Translations under genes and position numbers: made by a program
NCBI GenBank assembly: GCA_964016885.1
Contig: CAXHJY010000585.1
Coordinates: forward strand, 35,188-99,187
Direction of reading: 5' to 3'
Length of the DNA stretch: 64,000 nt
Origin: Eledone cirrhosa
Taxonomy: Eukaryota
The notes under the pieces: generated by a model
What the model was told of the DNA's origin: nothing
Seen by the model: only the letters and a program-made list of their open reading frames with translations
The model's database searches: none
In this document: positions 55,985 to 64,000 of the stretch, in pieces
Position numbering within the stretch: the stretch's first letter is position 1
How the letters are laid out: every line of letters begins with the position of its first letter

Positions 55985-57272
55985 CTGTAAATTGAAGGTG
56001 GAAAACTGGGAGAGGGCACTTGCCCTTGTGGTCAGGGTCACCGTGGCTTTTCTAATGGGCTTTCTCCACGATGGCCCTCGGCAGTCCCCCTCCCCCTATT
56101 GGGGAATATTTCATTGTTTCGATTTTGTTACATCCTCTGTTTTTGTTTTTAGACGCAGAAATGCCCATTTTTGTACCGTCCTGTGTTGTCCTGTGTTGTC
56201 CTGTGTTGTCCTGTATTGTTCTGTGTTGTCCTGTATTGTTCTGTGTTGTCCTGTGTTGTCCTGTGTTGTCCTGTGTTGTCCTGTATTGTCCTCTGTTGTC
56301 CTGTATTGTCCTGTGTTGTCCTGTATTGTCCTCTGTTGTCCTCTGTTGTCCTGTGTTGTCCTCTGTTGTCCTGTGTTGTCCTGTATTGTCCTGTGTTGTC
56401 CTGTGTTGTCCTGTGTTGTCCTGTATTGTCCTCTGTTGTCCTCTGTTGTCCTGTGTTGTCCTGTGTTGTCCTGTGTTGTCCTGTATTGTTCTGTGTTGTC
56501 CTGTGTTGTCCTGTATTGTTCTGTGTTGTCCTGTGTTGTCCTGTATTGTCCTCTGTTGTCCTGTATTGTCCTGTGTTGTCCTGTGTTGTCCTGTATTGTC
56601 CTCTGTTGTCCTGTGTTGTCCTGTGTTGTCCTGTATTGTCCTCTGTTGTCCTGTATTGTTCTGTGTTGTCCTGTATTGTCCTCTGTTGTCCTGTATTGTC
56701 CTGTGTTGTCCTGTGTTGTCCTGTATTGTCCTCTGTTGTCCTGTGTTGTCCTGTGTTGTCCTGTATTGTCCTCTGTTGTCCTGTATTGTTCTGTGTTGTC
56801 CTGTATTGTCCTCTGTTGTCCTGTATTGTTGTGTGTTGTCCTGTATTGTTCTGTGTTGTCCTGTGTTGTCCTGTATTGTCCTGTGTTGTCCTCTGTTGTC
56901 CTGTGTTGTCCTGTGTTGTCCTGTATTGTCCTGTGTTGTCCTCTGTTGTCCTCTGTTGTCCTCTGTTGTCCTGTGTTGTCCTGTATTGTCCTGTGTTGTC
57001 CTGTGTTGTCCTGTATTGTCCTGTGTTGTCCTGTGTTGTCCTGTATTGTCCTGTGTTGTCCTGTGTTTTCCTGTGTTGTCCTGTGTTGTCTTGTATTGTC
57101 CTGTATTGTCCTGTGTTGTCCTGTGTTGTCCTGTATTGTCCTGTATTGTCCTGTGTTGTCCTGTGTTGTCCCGTATTGTCCTCTATTGTCCTGTGTTGTC
57201 CTGTGTTGTCCTGTATTGTCCTTAATGTCTTACTTTCTGTAAACCCTTGTGGTTAATAAAGAAAGCCTTATT
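55985..57272 (+). mobile_element. Tx1/L1-like LINE 3' UTR with an expanded 10-bp repeat
   Basis: Ends cccttgtggttaataaagaaagcc(tta)n. Same family as 55299-55778. Confidence 0.55.
56177..57222. repeat. (CTGTGTTGTC)n 10-bp satellite, about 104 units
   Basis: Read directly. It explains the Cys/Val-rich ORFs in all three plus frames. Confidence 0.95.
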
Positions 57273-57400
57273 ATTGGCTGTTTCAGCGTGTCTCCCTTAC
57301 CATCTTCCGGGGTAACATCTCCATTCTGTTCAGTGGGGAACACGAGGCCGACTAACCCTTAAAGAATGAATAATTTACTCTGACAGCTATGGACAAAATC

Positions 57401-57473
<73 letters not shown>

Positions 57474-58130
57474 CCCCTCTCTCTCTCTCACATACACACA
57501 CACTCTTTCACACACACACACCCTCCTCTCTCACAACACACACCCCACTCTCTCTCTCCCATAGACACCTTCTCTCTCCTTTTCTCCCACACACATCCTC
57601 TCTCTGTCCCCTACACACCTTCTCTCTCACATACTCGCACACATCCCCCCTCTCTCTCTTACATTCACACACCCTCTTTCTCACACACACCTCTCTCTCT
57701 CCCCACACATACTTACACACATCCCCTCTTTCTCTCACATAGACACACATCTCCCCTCTCCCTCACACACACACACATACACATTTCTCTCTTTACCCCC
57801 CCCCCCCCACTTAAATCACACCAGTCTAGACTTTAAGCTGACAGCTAATTTCTCCTGATAAACCTATATTTATCAGCGGGAGTTCGATGACAGCGAATCG
57901 ATCTGTTGAAATATAGCAATTAAAATGACTGTCATATCTAATCAGGGAGTTCTCTCCAAATAACCATTTCCTCCGACCAGGTGAAAATAAAATATAACAA
58001 AGATTTATGATATAGACACAAAGTCAACAATTAAATCGATCCCAGTGTATTACAGGTACTTTATTTTATCGAGCCCGTAAGGAATAAAAGCAAAACTATC
58101 TATGAGTCTTTATCATCTTCTTCGGGTTAA

Positions 58131-58351
58131 CCATTTAGCATTTAAACCGGCCATATCCGGCCAGAATTCTCTCACCCCTTTTTGTTCAAACTGGCCATGA
58201 CTGGCCATTAATACAGATGTTCAGGTATTGTTCTCAAAATAAATAATATCAAAATCTCATAGATGCGATATTATGTGAGATAATTATGTGAGGTAAAGCC
58301 TTTACCATGAAAATACAATAGTATATATAAAATAATGTAAATGCTAAAGGG
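58131..58351. mobile_element. piggyBac-like MITE, shorter relative of 3068-3515
   Basis: TTAA|CCATTTAGCATTTA...TAAATGCTAAAGGG|TTAA. Confidence 0.78.
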
Positions 58352-59191
58352 TTAAGTTCCATTTTCCAAACTAGCATGAGTTGGACAAGTAGTCCCGTTA
58401 TGGACCAGACAGGTCAAGTGATGATGTCCCGCTCATATGATCTGGTTTTTTTTAGATTGGTATAGTTTGGTTTTCAACGGTTGGATGTCCTTCCTAGTGT
58501 CAACTATTTACAGGGCGGACTTGGTGCTGTTTAAAAATGTTCGTCGAAAGAGTCGCGAGTTATGAAGTACATGTTTGGTAGTTCAAGTCTTGATATCGGA
58601 TCACATTGTATTAATAATAAACTGGCGATGAATCTGGCAGAGTCATTAGGGTGTCAGATCAAATATTCGCGAGTTATAAAGCGAATGTTCGATGGTTCGA
58701 GTCCTGATACCACATCACATTGTATTAGCAATAAATTGGCGGTGAATTTGGCAGAATCATTAGGGTGTCGGATTAAAAGTATCTGCACTTGTTTCAGGTC
58801 ATTACACCCTGAGTTCAAATCCCATTGAGTAGATCAACTTTGCCTTTTATCCTTCCACGGTCGATAAATAAACTACTTGTCCAATGCAACAAGAAGGCGA
58901 TGGATTGGCGGACATAAGAGTCAAGACGGGATAGTTTACGATATCTGATCCTGCTGTCAGCATTCTGAGTTCAAATCCTGCTTCCACTTGTCAGGAGCTT
59001 GCACCAGCAGATACTATCTGCAATAGAAACAGAATTTTCTTGGCCAGATCTAGAGATTGGCCAGAATCCCCGCCCCCTCCCCCCAAGAAAAAATAAATAA
59101 ACAAGATGACATGGTTATGATTAAAAGACCTTTGATCAAGTTCAATTTAGACCATGGTTGACCAACCAAAGATTAACAACAACTAAATCTA

Positions 59192-59377
59192 GTTTCTACT
59201 TTTGGCACAAGGCCAGCGATTACCCCAGTGCATCACTGGTACTTTATTTTATGGACCTCGCAAAGATGAAAGGCAAAGTTAAACTCGACGGATTTTAACT
59301 CAGAACGTAAAGGGCCATAGCTCTGTGCTGCAAAGCATGGTGTCTGATGCTCTACCGATACTGCCAAACCACCGCCC
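59192..59377 (-). mobile_element. SINE with an 11-bp TSD
   Basis: aacaactaaat at 59178-59188 and 59379-59389. Confidence 0.85.
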
Positions 59378-59605
59378 TAACAACTAAATATAACAACAGA
59401 TAACAGTCCACATTCTGCAAAACGCAAACCACGTCCTCGTTTCCAAGACAGACATCAATCTCGTTCTCCCGAGACTTAGAATTAAGGTAGTAAAGTTAAT
59501 AGACACAGCGATGAGCAGATGTTTCGTATTGTAAAGAAATCTCATTTTCTTTTGAATATGTGTCTCTGTGTGTGCGTATATATATATATACACGCACACA
59601 CTTCT

Positions 59606-59639
<34 letters not shown>

Positions 59640-59661
59640 CAACTCGTGTGCTCCTTCTCTT

Positions 59662-59714
<53 letters not shown>

Positions 59715-60062
59715 TATACACGTATGTATGTATGTATGTATGTATTTCCATACGTGCAGAAGTCTTTGCTACGTATATACAAGCGCATGACTCGAATCTT
59801 GTTTACTTGAAACTGTTCTTTTCTAAATGCATACATAAATACATATATATGCGTGTATATATCTCTATATATATATATGCATGTGTGCGTATACATTTAT
59901 GTATGCGTATATGTATGTATATATATCTATATATGCATATACATGTGTATATATATCTATATATGTATATATGTGTGTGTGTGTGTATATATCTATATAT
60001 GCATATATATCATATATATGCATATATGAGTATATGAATATATATATGCGTATATATATGCG

Positions 60063-60099
<37 letters not shown>

Positions 60100-60177
60100 G
60101 TATATATATATATATATATGCGTATATGTATATATACGTATATATACGTATATATATATGCGTATATGTATATATAC

Positions 60178-60216
<39 letters not shown>

Positions 60217-60256
60217 TATATATATATATGCGTATATATATATATATGCGTATATA

Positions 60257-60346
<90 letters not shown>

Positions 60347-60973
60347 TATATATATATATGCATATATATATATATATATATGCGTATATATATATATATA
60401 TATATGCGTGTATATATATATATATATATGCGTATATATATATATATATATATATATAAACATATATATATAAACATATATATATATATATACATACATA
60501 CATACCTTTGCATCTCCCTCCACCCACCCCACCCTTTCTATTTCTTTCATATCTATACCCTATAATACAACATATTTTATAATATAATATATACTATAAT
60601 TAATTTCTTACATAGAAACTGTATAGTTCTGTTAAATATATTTCATCTGTTCACCAACAGACAGACAGACAACCGGCCAGGCAGCTAGCCAGCGTTCATA
60701 CCTTTATCAGGGAAACCGATTGTTATACCTTTTCTTTCTCTTGTTAACAATGTCTTCCCGATCAAGCTAATAGCATGTATTTGTATTTATCTATCTGTCT
60801 GTCTGTGTACCGAACTGTCTGTGTACCTATCTGTCTGCCTCTGTGTCTGTCTGTGTCTCTCTCATTTTTCTATTTTGTTATTGCCTCCTCCTTATTGAGG
60901 ACGCCTTGTTTTGTAAACTCCCCCCTTTGTACTTGTCCCACTTTTGATGCCCTGGTGGCAAATAAAAGAAACA

Positions 60974-61004
<31 letters not shown>

Positions 61005-61005
61005 A

Positions 61006-61056
<51 letters not shown>

Positions 61057-61059
61057 TTC

Positions 61060-61978
61060 TGATGCTCAGGAGCTCAGGGCTCTCTGGCAAGCGGGCCAGG
61101 CCATCGGTGGAGAATCCACCTCATCATTCTATAGAGGGCTGGTGGCTAGCAGGGGCGATGACATCCTTAGAGAGTCGCTGGACATGGAAGAGGACGAACT
61201 GGCCAGCCTGTTCGGTAGGACTTTCGGCCCGCGACCAATGGACAACTTCCAGAAGTCACTAGCCTGGCAGTGCTACCGGGGGGCTCTACCCGTTCGAGAG
61301 AGGCTCTACAGACACGGGCGCCCGGGCAGGGATCCCTCGAAAAAGATTTGCCCTAGATGCGTGCGTCACGAAGAAACGGTTGCGCACGCATTGGTGCAAT
61401 GTCCGGGCGTGGCTGATCTATGGGGCTACGCCGAACGACTGCTGTCGCGGGTGGCGCCGATTCGATTGACCGCCGAGTCCGTGATGACAATCAAACCGCC
61501 TCCCCTCTTCACAAAGGAAGCAAAGGCGGTTTTTCTGTGCGTAATAGCCATGTTGAAAGAGGTTGTTTGGTGGACACGATTGAAAGGTCTGAGGTCAGCA
61601 ACTTCCTCTCTGGCCATAGTCTGGTCTACTTCTTCCGATATCACTCTCGGAAGAAGGATAAGAATGGAGAGAGAGGTGCTTGGCCACAGGCAGTTTTATG
61701 AAGGTGGGTGATAGTGGCGAGAATGGCTCGTGTAAATGGGCCTTCTCTGTATACCATCCTGTAGGTAAAGAAGTGAAGGAGAGGGGAGCACCTTCTCCAT
61801 GTGCTCCCCTTGGGCAAAGGATTGCACACTTTTTCGGGGGTGTGTGCAACCCCCATCACGTCCCCTCCCTTTTGAGGTTGTTTTCGATTATTTTCATTTT
61901 ATACCCTTTTTACTCGATTGTATCTAAACTCCCCCTTTGTATTTGTCCCTTCTTTTTATGCCTTTATGGTAAATAAAG

Positions 61979-61981
<3 letters not shown>
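61060..61981 (+). mobile_element. 5'-truncated Tx1/L1-clade LINE: zf-RVT/CCHC C-terminus plus 3' UTR, in a (TATC)n/(TC)n tract
   Basis: FQKSLAWQCYRGALPVRERLYRHG...CPRC...EETVAHALVQC...DLW, then aaataaagaaa and (TC)n. A shorter related tail lies at about 60863-60972. Confidence 0.85.
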
Positions 61982-62031
<50 letters not shown>

Positions 62032-62941
62032 GTTCTGCTTATTTACCTGCCTCTCTGTCTGTATATCCGCCTCTCTACTGTCTACCTATCTGTGTGCTAT
62101 CTACCTACATGTCTGTCTGTATGTCGTCATGCTTATCACTTCATGTCTATTCGACAAACAGAGATCGATAAAATAAGAGTAAAAAAAAAAGACTTGAGCC
62201 CCCTCCCGCAACACAGCAGCAACAACAACAAAACCAACAGCAACAACAAAAAGCTACTAAGAAGAGCTTAACGGCTTAACCTTCTTGGCGCTGTCGGTGA
62301 CATAAGTAGCCGATGGAGTAACCGCCCCTGAATACATGATACAGTGTCAGGGAAGCAATTCATTAAAACAATTCAGCCTCACAAAGTTAAATCTGATAAA
62401 ATTCCTCTAAAATTCTTTCACATCTGCACTCCAGCATGGCCAGCAATCTACTGATGACTGCGTTTAGGAAACCAAACGAAATCATTTCAAAATATTATTT
62501 AATTATACACAAGTTTGTAACGTCTACCTTATATATTTATATCTTATTTAATTTATATATATTAAATATAAAATATATATATATATATGTGTATGTATAT
62601 TATATATTGATATATTTTATATATATATATAATATATATATATAAATTAAATAAGATATAAAATATATAAGGTAGATATAGATATATATAATATATATAT
62701 ATATGTGTATGTATATTATATATTGATATATTTTTTATATATATATATATACTATATGTGTGTGTGTGTTTGTGTGTATTATATGTTGATATATTTTCTA
62801 TTTATTAGAATTTTATTAAAATGGAAGCCTCCATAAAGGTAGCCAGCCAATAAGACTTGATTTATTTAGTCACTCCTATATTTCTATATTGTAGTTAATG
62901 ATTTATGATATATATATATATAAATAGTATATATATATAAT

Positions 62942-62974
<33 letters not shown>

Positions 62975-63001
62975 ATATAATATATAAATATACTATTATA
63001 T

Positions 63002-63040
<39 letters not shown>

Positions 63041-63091
63041 CATAAATCATTAACTAAAATATAGAAATATAGGAGTGACTATATATATTTA

Positions 63092-63132
<41 letters not shown>

Positions 63133-64000
63133 GTTTGTATATATATATATATATATATGTATATGTTTGTATATATATATATTATATATGTATATGTTTG
63201 TATATATATATGTATATGTTTGTATATATATATATATGTATATGTTTGTATATATATATATATATGTTTGTATATATATATATGTATATGTTTGTATATA
63301 TATATATATTTTGGATATATATATATATGTGTATATGTTTGTATATATATATGTATATGTTTGTATATATATATATATATGTATATGTTTGTAGTATATA
63401 TATATATATGTTTGTATATATACTATATATATGTTTGTATATATGTATATATGTATATGTTTGTATATATGTATTTTGTATATATATATGTATGTTTGTA
63501 TATATATAATGTATATGTTTGTATATATAATATATATATGTGTGTATATATGTATATGTTTGTATATATGTATATGTTTGTATATATGTATATAAGTATA
63601 GTATATATATATGTATGTTTGTATATATATGTATATGTTTGTATATATATATATGTTTGTATATATGTATATGTTTGTATATATGTTTGTATATATGTAT
63701 ATGTTTGTATATATATATGTTTGTATATATGTATATATGTATGTTTGTATATATGTATGTTTGTATATATATGTATATGGTTTGAATATATATATATCTT
63801 TGTATATATGTATATGTTTGTATATAATGTATATATTTGTATATATATATATATATATGTATATGTTTGTATATATGTATATATGTATATGTTTGTATAT
63901 ATGTATGTTTGTATATATATATGTATGTTTGTATATATATATGTATATGTTTGTATATATATATATATATGTTTGTATATATGTATATGTTTGTATATAT

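Noticed and set aside
55992-57256. Cys-rich proteins of 360-416 aa (metallothionein- or keratin-associated-like)
   Set aside because: A 10-bp satellite open in all three frames, lying inside a LINE 3' UTR.

Overview
Eukaryotic, very AT-rich, microsatellite-dense DNA with no host gene I can support. The (TA)n/(CA)n load and the SINE families suggest a cephalopod such as Octopus, but that is inference. Almost all ORF-track entries are translations of microsatellites. Real content: (1) a 5'-truncated but stop-free Penelope-like retroelement of Naiad type (RT plus C-terminal GIY-YIG, 13775-15640), followed by a hammerhead ribozyme near its probable 3' end; (2) about 23 minimal type-I hammerhead ribozyme (HHR) motifs found by eye in short elements, most inserted in (TA)n and many as fold-back palindromes, including a 310-bp tandem retrozyme-like array and three copies with a compensatory U3-A8 core; (3) a conserved, covarying RCTC...GAGY hairpin near the 3' ends of many of these otherwise dissimilar elements; (4) an endogenous parvovirus/densovirus VP1 capsid gene with a PLA2 domain (about 33205-34560, minus strand, in-frame stops); (5) RTE, Tx1/L1 and R4-like LINE fragments, tRNA-derived SINEs, hAT/piggyBac/Tc1-mariner MITEs and several TE-derived tandem arrays. 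All calls come from manual reading; no database searches or folding programs were run.
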